Positions 41,201-56,000 of a DNA stretch of 64,000 nucleotides are shown piece by piece. A program made the position numbers and the translations under genes. The notes under the pieces were generated by a model. It was not told the origin of the DNA. It searched no databases and saw only the letters and a list, made by a program, of their open reading frames with translations. The first letter of the stretch is position 1, and every line of letters starts with the position of its first letter. Origin of the DNA: Octopus bimaculoides (taxonomy: Eukaryota); NCBI RefSeq assembly GCF_001194135.2, contig NC_068992.1:8498751-8562750 (forward strand). The letters run 5' to 3'.

Positions 41201-42171
41201 ATAGTACAATATGTATAACTAGTGTTTCAGTATCACCATAAACATTTTAGTTTTACAGAAATAATGGTAAAAAACAAGGATTTCATAACCCATGAATTCT
41301 ACCCATGCTGCAGTCATGGGAATAATTACACCATTCCCTACTTACATTCAAGACTAGCACCTTATAACAAGATAAACCCAAAGTTAAGCAAGAACTGGAT
41401 AAAAAGTGGTTCCATTTGTGACTGATGGAGATGCCATAGCAGATCATTGCAGCAAATCTGATGGTTTACCTTAAATATTAATTCACAAGCAAGTCAGAAG
41501 ATGCCTTTGTGAGTTTGTTCTTACTACAAAGACAAAATTGCTATATCTGTGTGTGTGTGTAATTTGGCAGATCAAACAAACTTCTAACAGAAAAAGAAAG
41601 AATATGCCCAGAGTCACACATGAGTAATCACAATGTTGTAGTAATTCTTATATAATAAATACTTCAAAAATAGTTTGGAAAATGGGTACATGAACAAATA
41701 AAAAAAAAAAACTTAAGGACTTCCTAACTAAAATGAAGCTTGTGCCCTTAAATTGTGGTTGAGATTCAAGTCTTTTAGTACATATTAAATGTAATTATAC
41801 TATTAAGCTCTGACTTGATTCAAAAAGAAAGAAAAACAATAACCAACAAGCCACAATAGAAAAAAATTCTTCCAAATATTTTATTTGGAAATTTAATTTA
41901 GAATAAGGAATTTGTACTAAATTATGGGTGAGTTTCTTCTCAACCTTAGAATTACAATAATTTCCTGAACTATAAATATATAGTTTGGACTAAAATCAGA
42001 TCTACACAACAATGTTTCCACTTAACACACACACATAAAACATACACACAAATAAATAAAAAAATCAAGAACTATTAAAATACATTTGGTTTGAGTATTT
42101 CTCCATTTTCCAGTTTTTCGTGTTTTATAGCTGCCTGAAATTTATGAGATATTTATCACCATATTGAAGTT

Positions 42172-42284
42172 TTAACCCATGTATGGATACTTCCATGTTT
42201 GAAGTGGAGATTTGCTTTCTTTGATTGATTGTATAGAAACGAATTTCATGAGATAGTATGGCCCACCAGCTTTGTCATTTGTAC
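42172..42284 (-). CDS. ALDH4A1: ALDH4A1 exon 15, terminal ([12 protein letters not shown]...WKYPYMG*)
   Basis: Acceptor TTTCAG, stop TAA at 42172-42174. Confidence 0.95.
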
Positions 42285-43958
42285 CTGAAAATATATATTA
42301 GAACATATATTTTATGTCTTTATGTGAACATTAGTTGTGTGGGTAAATGTATGTTTGAATATATAATATTATAGTTCATTATCATCATCACCACAGCAGG
42401 ACTGAACTTGAAATCACATGATTAAAAAACAAGTTTCTTAGCTACAGACATTCCTGCAATGATTGTTTAGTGAAAACAAAAGAAAAAGCCTTCAGTAAAT
42501 CTGAGCAAGATCGTTGCCAGTGCCGATGGACTGGCTCCTGTGCAGGTGGCACGTAAAATACACCATTTTGAGCGTGGCCGTCGCCAGTACCGCCAGACTG
42601 GCCCTTGTGCCGGTGGCATGTAAAATCACCCACTACACAGTAATGTAATGGCACCATATCACAGTTAATGTAATGTTTAGATAAAGCAAATAGAGTACAC
42701 TTCAGACTGCATGAAGTCAAATTACTAGGATGCTAACTTACCTGACAACCGACTTCCACCAAATGGTTGCTGACCAACAACAGACCCAGTTGATTTATCA
42801 TTGATGTAATAGTTACCAACTGAATCTCTGAAGATGTCATTCAATGTGTCTAATGCTTCACTGTAGGCAGAAAAAGAAAAAAAGAAACAAAATACATGAA
42901 GAAAATGAAAGAGTTAAATAGTATAAATATTTCAATATTGATAATAATTATATCTAACTCAAGCACATTTAGGTCTTCCATGTGCCCTAATCTCATAAGG
43001 CCAAAGGTTAACCTGGTTTCCATGGTGAATTAATGACATAACTGGCACTGACTGGAACTCCGTCAGTCATGATGATGAGATTTCCAGTGGATCTGATTAA
43101 CAGAACAACCTACTTGTGAAATTAATGTGCAAATGGATGAGTACTCCACAGGCATACGTAACCTTAACGTAGTTCTTAGGGAGATTCAGTGTGACACAGA
43201 ACGTGACAAGGCTGACCCTTTGAAATACAGGTACTACTCATTTTTGCCAGTTGAGTGGACTGGAGCAATGTGAAATAAAGCGTCTTTCTCAAGGACACAA
43301 TGCACCAGCAGTAATTGAACCCGTGACCTTGCAATTATGTGCCGAATAGCCTAACCACTAAGTCACATGCTCTCAAACAGATTACAGCATTTCCTTCTGA
43401 AGAGGACTCCAGTCTGTCACGAGGTTAGCTTCTCATCCATTGCTGGAGCTCATTTACAAGTGAGTGAACTGAAGCAATGTGAAATTAAGTGTTTTGCTCA
43501 AGAACACAATGCACCGCCTGGTCTCAGAATTGAAACTGTAATCTTACAATCATGACTGTAACATCCTTATCACTAAGCCATACATGTGCTTTTGCAACAT
43601 AGACACAAGGGCCCATATTTTGGGAGAAGGATGTACACTTGATTAAATCAACACCAGTACTTAACTAATATGTAATGTACTGGCCCTAGAAAGATGAAAA
43701 CCAAAGTTCACCATCTGCATGGATTTCATAAAGCTTTCTACCAATTCTCTTATTTGCTTACTAATAATATTAATTTTTAACATGAAGATAAAGCACAGTT
43801 TGGGGAACAACTGTAATCACTTAAAGATACTCTGGTATTACACTGACATTTTATTTTATTGACTTCAGGAAGATAAGAAACAAAAAATTGACACTGGTGG
43901 GAATTAAACACAATATAAAGGGATATTGCCTGGTACTCACTGATTCTGGCACAACAAA

Positions 43959-43997
<39 letters not shown>

Positions 43998-46900
43998 TAA
44001 CAACAATGATGACTGATTATCAAAAGGCTTTGACAATTTCCCCCATGCATGGATCATAGAAACATAAGCCATGAACAAGGTAACACCAATAATAATAATA
44101 AAATATATAAAACATGCCATGAATAAATGGCAAACAGTGTGGCAGCTCCAGAATAAAGAGGGACTCATAAAAGCTAAAACCATCCCCATTACAAGAGGAA
44201 TATTTCAAGGAGACTTGAAACTCCTTTTCTGCCTGGCACTGACACCTTTAACTGACATGCTAAATAGAACTGGATGTGGATACAACTGCTACAGTAAAAC
44301 AATCAACCATCTCTTGTATATGGATGGGTATTCAGAAGGTAAAGAGGGATGAAACGCCACTAAGCATTTTGCCCAAGGTGCTAATGATTCTGCCAGCTTG
44401 ACACCTAAAATAAAAATAATGATGACAATATATGCATGTGTGTATATATAACATACCTGTCTTGAGCATAAATTGCTCCAGTAAGTCCAAAGGGAGATGT
44501 GTCATTCACTAGATTGGCATATGTTTTATATTCTGCATCCGGATATACAAACAAGGACAAAACTGGACCAAATATTTCCTGTAAAAGAAATAAAGAAATA
44601 CGTTGAATAAGGATGCTAAACAATGGTGATGATGATGTGACATATCTTGAGAAATTTTAAAAGAATCATTATTGTGATGACAGTAGTGGTGGTGGTGAAG
44701 GATGATGACAGTGATGATGATGTACAGAAATTATATACTAAGTCAACAATTAACAAGACTGCAGGATAACAATCAACAATGGCCATATTTTAATTTTCTA
44801 AAATCATTATGGCTGTGACAGGCTTCACTAATCATCATAATTTCTAAATATGATAACAGGTTTTGGTTTCAATATCAGGAAAATAATACTCGGAAATAAA
44901 ATACACAGAAATGATTAATGATAAAGAAATAAATTCAAAGCAGTGAAAGTCACAAACTTAAAAGAACCGAAGTTCACAGATAAACTCAAAAAACAAGGTA
45001 ATTTTTAACAAGTTTTGGAGATCAATACAGCATTCTACAAGTTTGCTGAAAATAGGTGTGTGTGTAATAAAACATATATATGAAAAACACACCAGATGCA
45101 AGAGAGTTTGTATAATATACATGCAAGTAAAACTGCAGGGTGTATGTTCACTGTACAAGTGAGTCTGTAGGAAGTCCTGTGCTTACAACCAGACGAAAGA
45201 TGTGTCACTTGTAAAAGGGGCAGAAGCTGCATTATAATATCTGTGAAGTGGCACTGTAATAGCTGTAAGTTGTGGCATCTCACGGTGGTTGCATGCAGCA
45301 TAGTTGTATATGTGTGTATATAGTGCAGCTCTACAGTGTGAAGAAGAATGCATACATACTGGTAGAGAAGTTCAGCACTAGTGAGAGGAAACTGTTGATT
45401 GTGGAAAAGCCAAGTCTCAATAAATTTTGGTAAAAGACGGTCTGGAGAGCTCACAGTAGATCTTGTAGAGCCTGGTTGCTGCTATGCAAGTTAGAGGCAA
45501 TAACTGAAGAACTGGTCACTCTTGTCTATGACAAGCTCTGAACTGATGATGTCATTAGGTCATCTGCTGTCCACTGCATATGTTGTGACTACCACTGCTA
45601 GGATAATTGCCTGAAACACTGTGAAAATTGGTACTTTTGCTATGTTGACCAATAGACTCCGACTTGTACTGTGTCTCTGGACTGTGTTGACTGCCCTGTC
45701 AGTCTGGCATGGACTACATGCCCAATGAACACCACCAATAATTCCAATAAGGAAGCTCCTTAGCGATAGCTCTTTAAAAACCACAACGCTCATTAATCAT
45801 TGATTAGTCCAAATGGGAATTACATTATATTTATAATAAAGTAACCATTATAGTCGACTGATCCAAGAGTTGATGGTATAGGCACATCTGCTGACACCAG
45901 TCATCTGTGAAGAAGACTGACAGTGGCAGTGGGTTTACTGGTCCAGAAAGTGATGACATAGGTACATCTGTTGGTATCAAATGTCTGGTGTTAGTTGTTG
46001 ACAAAAGCAAACTTGGCAATTTGTGGATCTATTTTCAAGTCACAAGAGTACAAATATAACAGTAGGTATTCACTACAATAATAATGATGAGGACTTTAAT
46101 ATTAACAATAATCATTATAACGATCATAACTATTCAGATGATAATTAAGAAAACTGTTTTAATGATGATAATAACAAGAACTGGTCTGATGGTTATAACT
46201 AATTCAACGATGATGAATAACTATTATGATGATGCCTATTAAGATGATCAAACTTGGATAGTTATTTTAACAACACTAACAGGATGACTGCCAAAGTCAA
46301 TGGCCACAATGTTATGAATTCAGAACACAGAAGCATTCAGATTGCTCTGCCAAATGTAATGTTCATTTATTTGCATCGTATTGAATTGATCATGCTTTAT
46401 CTTGTAGCTTCGACATTTCAATGACGTGATTGTTTGTTTATAAAATGACGTTGTAGGATAGATGTGAGAAGCCAGATCTAGCCAGTTTGAACATAAAACA
46501 GGTAGAATATTTGAGCCAAATATGGCTAGTTTAAACGCTTAAGGTATTTAAACTTAACTTCTTTCTTGTATTGTATGGAATATTAGTTAACAAGTAAAGC
46601 AAAACAATGAAATGACAAACGTAAATCATATAGACTTACCTCCTGCATTAGTCTATCTTTAGGGTCAGAAACTTCCACAATAGTTGGTTCAATATAATAA
46701 CCTTTGCTTTAAGAGAAAAATAAAAACATATGAAGAAATTAAATTATATCATGACATGTGGTGAGTGTTGTAGAGAGAGAGAGGTGGGAGGTCCTAGTGA
46801 AACTCAAGGGTATATTATAGTTTCTGAGAAAAAACATGATTGTCACAACATCCTAATTCTACATCCTAGTATAACAAGCTGACATGTATGTACGCATGTA

Positions 46901-48675
46901 TTGATGTTTATTTACTGGTTTCGGTCTTTGGATTGTGGTCATACTGGAGTAATACTTTTAGAGTTTAAGTTGATTATACAAAGTTTTGTATTTAGTCAGC
47001 TAATTAATTATTTTAATTAGTCAAGAACTGGTGTAAAATGATGTAGTTCAATAGCCAGATACTACAAAGCATTTTTGTTTCATTATTTTATAAACCACAC
47101 ACACACACATGCATATAAGGCAAGGGCATTGCTATGTAGTTAAGAAATTTGTTTCCTAACCATATGGTTTCAGGTTCAGTTCCACTGATTGGCACCTTAG
47201 ACAAGTGTCTTCTACTATAAACTGTCAGATCAAAACCAATTTTCAGTGAATATGGCAGATAGAAACTAGAAGAAGCCCATCATACATATACATGTGTGTG
47301 TATGAGTATATGTATGTGTGCGTTTGTATCTCTTTTCTGTCTGACCCATGCAAGCATGGAAAAATGTACATTAAAATGATCTCTCACACACACACACACA
47401 CACACACTGTAAATTAATAACAAGCTATCTCCACTCACCTGTCATCGTACTTCCCGCCAGCAATAATTGTTGTTTTGGGTGAAGACTGAGCATAATCAAT
47501 ATAGCCCTTGATTCGTTCAAATGCCTGCAAAACAAATACATTTGCCAATGTCAGCCTGTTTGCTTTGAACAAAAATAGATGTAACTATGCATTGGATTGT
47601 ATGCTTGCTTGATCACAGATGAACTAGAGCTAAGCAACAACACTGTTTTTTTTTTTCAGTTTGCCTGACTGACAAATACATACAGATGCTAATCCTACTT
47701 TATTGCTGAGTGAGTAAAAGAAGACAAAACATTAAGATACAAAACCATGCATCTCACTTCCTTATAAAAAAAAGAAAACCTCTCCTAGGCAAGCCTGAAA
47801 AAAAACATGATATAAAACAAATAAAAATTAATTTTAACCCTTTCGTTACCATATTTCAGTTGAAATACACTGAAAATAACAAAGAAGTTAACAGAATGAC
47901 CGACATTAATGAGCTGGTGTTTGGAACATAAATTAACATGAAATTTTGGTGGAAGGTTTGAATTCAGATTGCTTTAAACAGGCACTTTATATCACAAAGC
48001 CAGGAGCAGTCTTGAGCAGGTTGGTATCAAAAGAGCTAAGCTGTTTATCATATTTACCTTGTCGTCAATAACAGCAGAGAAAAAATTGTTTGCATCCAAA
48101 GGAGAACCTATTTTAAACTTCTTGATTTCTTCAAGCATTCTTCCTTTAATTTCATCTGCTTTAGATTCTGGCAGGTATATTCTAGAACAGGCAGAACACT
48201 TCTGACCACCATACTCAAATGCAGAGCGCAAGGATCCATTGACTACAGCATCAAGGTCACCAGAAGGATGTGCAAAATGGAAATTCTTGCCACCACATTC
48301 TGAAAGGTCACAAATGATAAAAGGAAAATAATAAAAATAATAGTTTCTGTTTATTGTCAAAAAGGATGAAGAATAGAATACATTAGGACAAATTGGAAAA
48401 ACCATATATGAGGATTTACATCAAATATGACAAGAAACAAACATCTGACAAGATAAAGGGATATGAAATATAGCAGATTACACGAGGGTGTGCGTAAAGG
48501 TTCCTGGCTATAAGGTATTGTTCGCCCTTCCAAGTTCTCTTACAGACCTTAGAAAAACTGAAGGACCGTTGCAATAAGTGTGTGAATCTGTGAGGGGAAT
48601 ATGTTGAAAAAAATCATAATTAACTGATCCTCCTGTATTTTCTTTTACCCAAAGTCAGGTATTTTTCAGCACCCC

Positions 48676-48752
<77 letters not shown>

Positions 48753-48762
48753 ATGATGATGA

Positions 48763-48799
<37 letters not shown>

Positions 48800-51700
48800 C
48801 ATACATACATACATATATATATATACATGTAGATGTAGGTATGTGCATACATGTACGCATATATGCATATACTCACATTATTTGTATTATTATATGATCG
48901 AACGCACGCGTCCTTTTTGCAAGTAAGTTTTAACTTTATTTTCTGACGCGACTCTATCTACCTTTGTATCTTTCTCCCCCTCTCGTTCTTCCTTCTGTTG
49001 TTCTTTGCCTCTCCCCCTACAGAGTGGCAATAAAAAAACAAAACAAAAAAAGAGACAACAAAGGAATAAACGGTTATCTTATGAACTTCATTAGCTTACA
49101 GCTGTTTCTACTATAAGATGTGGTGGACACATAACTGATTGCCTAAGTAACACCTTTCAGCTTCATCAGAGCCTCAAACATGAAGTGTAATTTATTTGGG
49201 AAAACAAATACATTTAAGCATAAATACTTGTATATATGTATATTCCTCTTATTGTTGCTGTTGTCTACTATTATTGTTGTTGTAGTTGTCATTATTATTA
49301 TAATGCAAGGCAGCGAGCTGGCAGAAACATTAGCACGCTGGGCAAAATGCTTAGTGGTATTTCGTCTATCATTACATTTTGAATTCAAATTCTGCTGAGG
49401 TCGACTTTGCCTTTCGTCCTTTCAGGGTTGATAAATTACGTACCAGTTGCGTACTGGGGTCGATCTAATCAACTGGCCCCCTCCCCACAAAAATTTCGGG
49501 CCTTGTGCCTAGAGTAGAAAAGATTATTATTATAATGCATGCTTTATTGTTAGTTTAAGGCAAATTCTCAGTTCTAAAAATGCCAGAAAAAAAAAAAACA
49601 AAAAAAAAACTAAAACCTATAAAAGAGTAGTGTTGATGGTGTGATGGAGTGGCAGACACAGAGTTTCTAATATAGTACTTCTGAAAGCAACTAACCTCCA
49701 ATTAGGCGAGGGTAACTTTGATAGGTGTCTAAATTGGCAGCAACTTGCTTCCATAGATGTTTGAACGTCCTGGAAAGATAGAAGAAATTAAATTTTACAA
49801 TAACAAAAAAAAAAAAATAGAATACAAATGTTGCTGTCGTTGTCAGTAGTAGTAGTAGTAAGCTGGCAGAATTGTTAGCACAGTGGACAAAATGCTTAGC
49901 AGTATATCTTTCATCTTTACGTTCTTAGTTCAAATTCCACCACGGTTGACTTGGTACTTTGACACTTGCTCAGGAGGATAAACAGTAGGATCAAATCAAA
50001 CTGGGGGATACATAGTTGCAAAGTGAACTTCTTAACCCTTCAAGTATACCCATAATGATTTATGCGTGCGTGCGTGCACACACTCACACAGCAGGTTAAT
50101 AAACATGATGAATTTCCTCTCCTGAAGACCAAACAGTACTCCCAGCTAAAGAGAGACATTATCAACTATGACAGGTCTGCCAATACAGTTAGGACTTACT
50201 TCACACTTCCGGTAAAGTTGATACCAGACAGATAAGGTGATGAGGTGATTGTGTCTCCAAACACTGGGCCATCAGCAGGTAAAAAGTTAATAACACCTGG
50301 TGGTACTCCAGCCTCTCGCAGGATCTGGAAAGCTATCCAGTTAGACAACATGGCAGTGTCTGATGGTTTCCACAAGCAAACGTTGCCCTGAAAAATAAAA
50401 AAAACAAAACATGTAAATCATTTCAGATCAAAGAACAGAGGATCTAGAACTTACCAATATGATACTAACTAATGGTAGGAAAACGGTTTTTATCTCAGGT
50501 ACCTGAAGGCCATAAATTTTGAGGAATGTCATACGATCAATTATACCAATTTAATTCATTTAATGATAATAATAAATTTAATAATATAAATAATAAATAT
50601 AATAATATCAATAATAAGAACAAAATTTGGCTAATTATTCCTTATGGTGTTCAAGTTAAAACTAATATTATTAAAGAGATTTTAAATATAATTGATATAT
50701 TCCTTAGAGATAGTAAAAAATATAATATTTTTTCTAGTAATAATATGGGAGTAGGTTATTCTACTACTAATAATGTTGCTAACATTATTTCTTCTTTTAA
50801 AAGATTTAAGTTAAATAAGTTTTACAAATATAAATTAAATACTTATTCTAATAATAATAATTAGGACCAGGATATAATTAATTGTATATGTAGAGATAAG
50901 ACCAAATGTAAGTTTAATAATAAATGTGATTTGAAGGATGTGGTGTATAAATGTATAGTGACTTTAATGGATGGGAATAAATTTAATGGCTATAATTTAA
51001 ATAAGATTTACATAGGATCAACTTTGAATAAAATTAAATTACGTGTGGCTCAACACATGAATTCCTTTAAGAATAGAAATTTGATTAATTCTACTGGCCT
51101 TAGTAAACATATTTGGCAACTAAAATCTAAAAATATTAAGAACATTTTAAAATGAGTGATAGTTTGTAAGGTGAAATCTTATTGTATAGGTAGTAATTTT
51201 TGTATGTTGTGTACTAACAAATTTAAGGAGATATTATTAAATAATAATAATACTTTGATTAACTCCCTTGATGAACGTAAAATTAAATTGTTTATATAAT
51301 AAGTTTAGCAAACTGTGTGTGTATATGTATATATATATGTGCATGTGCGTATATTATATAAATTATGTGTAAGTGTAAGCAAGTTAGCATTTTGTTTAGA
51401 TAACATACATAACAAGTGTGCTTAGAAGAACGACAATTTGTTGATATATCTTTTCAAGTGTACACATACATATATGCACACAGACACACACATACAAACA
51501 TACACCCAAAGTTAGTAAGTGATTAAAGGGTCACAGAAAATTATGTATAAATGTAAGCAAGTTAGCATTTTGTTTAGATAATATACATAACAAGTGTGCT
51601 TAGAAGAACGACAATTTGTTGACATATCTTTTCAAGTGGTTATACTTGAGATAAGAGAAGAGGTGAAAAGTTTCTTACCACAATGGCGGGTGCCACAGGT

Positions 51701-53011
51701 AAATGTGCTCCAATGGCTGTGAAGTTGAAAGGGGTTATCGCAGCCCAAAAGCCCTGAAATACAAGATAGCAAAATGCCAAATCATACATTAATAAAATTG
51801 GACTATTACAATGAAAGTCTATATTTGAGTTTATGTCTCTCTCTCTCTGTGCATGTATGTGTGTGCGCGTACCTGAATGCTGGCCCAGTCATGGCTGTGT
51901 GGTTAAGAAGTTTACTTCACAGCCATATGGTTTCCAGTTCAATCCCGTAGCATGGCATCTTGAGTGAATGTCATTTGCTATAACACTGGACTAATCAATG
52001 CCCTGTGAGTAAAATTTAGTAGATAATAACTGTATGTATATAGCTCATCATGTGTGCGTGTGTGTGTGCATATGTTGTGTCTTCACATTGGCAACAGAGA
52101 CCTCCTTTATGCTTGCCATAAACAAGGCTGGCAGCAGTTTGGTGTGACTTAGATGAAAGCAAGGAAAAGTCAGAGTCAAAATGGGCATCGGACTGCACAA
52201 AAATGCCAAAAGGAGTCTAATCCAAACCATAACAGAATGGAAAAAGCAGACATAAAATAATGCTGCTGATGATGATGATGACAACAATGATGACGATGCC
52301 AGATCAGATTGGTTGGCATCTGGAAGATAATCCAGTTGTAAAAATCACACCCAAACTAAACCTCTCCTGTGCTAGTGTCACGTAAAAAGCACTTAGTCCA
52401 CTCTGCAGAGTGGTTGGTGTTAGGAAGGGCATCCACATGGTGATGCATACGGCCTTATCTATTTAAAATAACATCTCATTTCAGGAAGATCTGACTTTTA
52501 TTTCTAGCAGGTCAAGAAACTGCATAGAACCTGCCTTGTCAGCTTATATATCTTAGATACAAATCCAAGATATACTATCTGATATTGTCTGACCTTGAGA
52601 CAATCATGATTGAATGCTGCAAGCAAAGACATTCTAGCGATGACAACCCAATTTTTTTTTTTGCTAGTATCACATTATCCAATGGATCTGCTTTTCAAGA
52701 CATTAGGCTGTTATGAAGAGAGATCTGGTTGCTATCAGAATGGTTGTTATAAAACTACAATTTCTAAGATCGTATATACTTTTATGATACGAGTCTGCTG
52801 AAGCAAAAATAACTAGGAATCTTTATCATCATTGTCATTATTATTGATAAGTACAGACATGGCTGTGAAGCAATAAGTTTATTTCTGAAGCAGGCAGTTC
52901 CAGGTTCAGTACCACCATGTGGTACTTTGAGCAAATGCCTTCTACTATAGCACCGATGAGCCAAGCAAAGTCATGTGAGTGGATATGGTACATGGGAACT
53001 GAAAGAAGTCC

Positions 53012-53043
<32 letters not shown>

Positions 53044-56000
53044 TGTGTGTGTATATCGATGTATGTATGTATACTTCACTTTTGTATCTGGCTTGCAAGA
53101 TTCTCTATGCAAATTTGTGTTGACACAAATTTTGTTGTCTCTAGGGAGTCATTATGCTAATATAATTAATACCTACACACTGGTTCAACTTAAGAACAAA
53201 GAAAAACAAAACAATCGGATACTTAATAAATGGGTGGAAGTGAACCAGTGTGTATGCTAATTATATTAACCCTAACCCTAGCCACAACAAAATATGTATG
53301 TATGTATGCCATTATGAAAGACTGCTGAACATGAAGAATGAATAGGAGGAAGAGAGTCTGCCAAATGTTGACCCAAATGAGGGACTAGCTACCCGAATCG
53401 ACAGTACCCTAGTAGATAAAGCAATTAAGGATATCAAGACAGGAGAGGCTCGTATATATAAAGTCTGAACTGAATTGAAAGGATAGCCTACATCTCCATA
53501 CCATAATGTTTTTTGATTTATTCTTTATCTGCTGAGTTTTAGAGAAGAAATAAATGATGAGAAGGAGAAATCTACATACCTCAGTACCACGATATTGCAC
53601 TCTGTTTAGTTCAACATCGCTTGGACTGATTGGTTGGTACTTGAACATTTCCTAGAGAAGAAAATAAAGTTGGTGATAAGCACAGAGATTTGGTGTCACA
53701 ACTGTAGAGATGGGTGACTTATAAATGCTGATTAAAGAATAGAGGTGGATTAACTATTCAAGTGGAGTAAGTATGGAGGTTCTGGGAAACAGGTGTAGAG
53801 GTGAGGTGAGTAGACATGAGGTAACTGTAAAGGTTTAGTAAGAAACAATAATGAAAAAATATATAATAAATCACAATAGTGGGGTCAGCAAACCAGGGTA
53901 AATTACTCCCAAGTGGGGTAAAAATGAAATTCTTGGAGGTAATGCGGACTCATTAGACATAGGTAAAATTATATAAAAAATGTGTTCCATGTTATGACAG
54001 AAATTTTTCTTCTGGCAACTCTGCATCTATCCAATGTAATGGATATGCTTAGGAGATGTCACATCATTTTGAACAACAAACAATTTGGTTGCTAAAGCGT
54101 TGAGTGACTAAACCTTATTTTTTGACACACATTTTTGCTTTGTTTAAATAGTTTTAAGTAGGTGCAGGAATTGCTGTGTGGTAAGTAGCTTGCTTACCAA
54201 CCACATGGTTCCGGGTTCAGTCCCACTGCGTGGCACCTTGGGCAAGTGTCTTCTACTATAGCCTCTGGCCGACCAAAGCCTTGTGAGTGGATTTGGTAGA
54301 CGGAAACTGAAAGAAGCCCGTCGTATATATGTAAATATATATATGTGTGTTTGTGTGTCTGTGTTTGCACCCCCAACATCGCTTGACAACTAATGCTGGC
54401 GTCTTTACGTCCCCGTAACTTAGCGGTTCGGCAAAAGAGACCGATAGAATAAGTACAAGGCTTATAAAGAATAAGTCCTGGGGTCAATTTGCTTGATCCA
54501 TCAAGATCAACTCACTTTATTTACACTACATATGACAAGAACATCTCACAGCAAAGATGCTCCAACCATGAACATCCCATATTTTTTTATGTCAACAGTG
54601 ATGTAAAATAAAGAGCTAATTAAGATAAGTTTTAACTTGATATAAAGATGATAGTGATTGATATTTGAAATATACAACGAAAGAAAGTAACATCAGTCAA
54701 TGTTTGGGGGAGAGAGAATAAAACATTTCAACTTACCAGACCGAACTGTACATTAAACCTGTAAAAGTCTGCTAATTCAGCAGCACTGTCTATTTCAGCC
54801 TGTATGATGGTTTTACCCTGATGGTTGGGGAAGACGAAAGAAATAGAATAGAAATTACATGATGTTAACTGCATATGATGGAAATGGTAAATCTTAAAAA
54901 TAAAATCGTTAAAAAAATGCCACTTTTGTTAGATTGGTAAATATTTTGAAATACAAATTTAGAATGGTTAATCTCTGGATAAGATGGAAAATGAATGTTT
55001 AATCGGTTTGTATACTAAAGGCTTTAAACCACTGACAAGAATGAGTTATTATTTGATAAAAAATAATGTGTCTTGAATGGCACAACAATGCACTAACAAC
55101 AATGGACTATAATAACTGTTATAATTTAATCGTCCATAGTCTGATATAATATTTCGGAATATAAAAATTACTTCTTCAAATATCCCTAGGAATTGATAGA
55201 GTCACTGCTATAATCGGTTTTCCAATATTTTTTTTTCTGGAAGCATCTCTGCAGTGGTCTCACGAAACTCCTTCCAGAATTCCTGAGAAGTGAGTGAGGG
55301 CGGTCTTGTCTCAAGCTCCTGTGTGCTGGTACATCCGTAGCACTGCTTCTAAGTTATGTATTATACGTGCAGCTTCCTTTTTTTCTCATAAATAATACAT
55401 GAGCATGTTATCAAAAATGAACCTACATGCATCCAGATGGGGCTAAATTATATATTGACTGCCAACCTCCAACCTGTTGTTAATTTGGGGCCCTAGTCTG
55501 TCTATGAGGATAGCTTCCTTAATTCTTAGATTTCTTTCATTGGCCTCAGTTGGTACTGTTATGCTTTTGTCGGTGTTCCGGCATCTGTCTAGATGTTTTC
55601 TGAAGGAGGAGGCTCTCGTGTTCAGATGTTCTTTGATGCGGACGTGTAACGGTCTTGCTGTGCTACCCACATAGAACTTGTTACATTTGTTACATTGTAT
55701 TCTATACACAACATTTACCCGTTGGCATAAATCTGTGTCACGGATGGGACAGTTTGCTAGTGTACATTGATTGCTGTCCCTTGCTCGTTTCTTTAATAAT
55801 AATAATAATAACAACAAAGAGAGAGAAATAAAAAAAGAGAAAACAAGTACCTGCCCCAGCATGGTCGATGCCATCAGATCCATTCGGTATTCATTACTAA
55901 TAAGATCAGCAGCTTTTAGAAAGATTTTACCTTTTTCTTCAAATGGTACACGGGCCCAATCATGACGGGCTTTCTGGCTGACGTCAATTGCCTTCTTAAT

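Noticed and set aside
53265-53283. TAACCCTAACCCTAG telomere-like motif (also TTTAGGGTTAG near 61895)
   Set aside because: Only two units; not an interstitial telomeric array.
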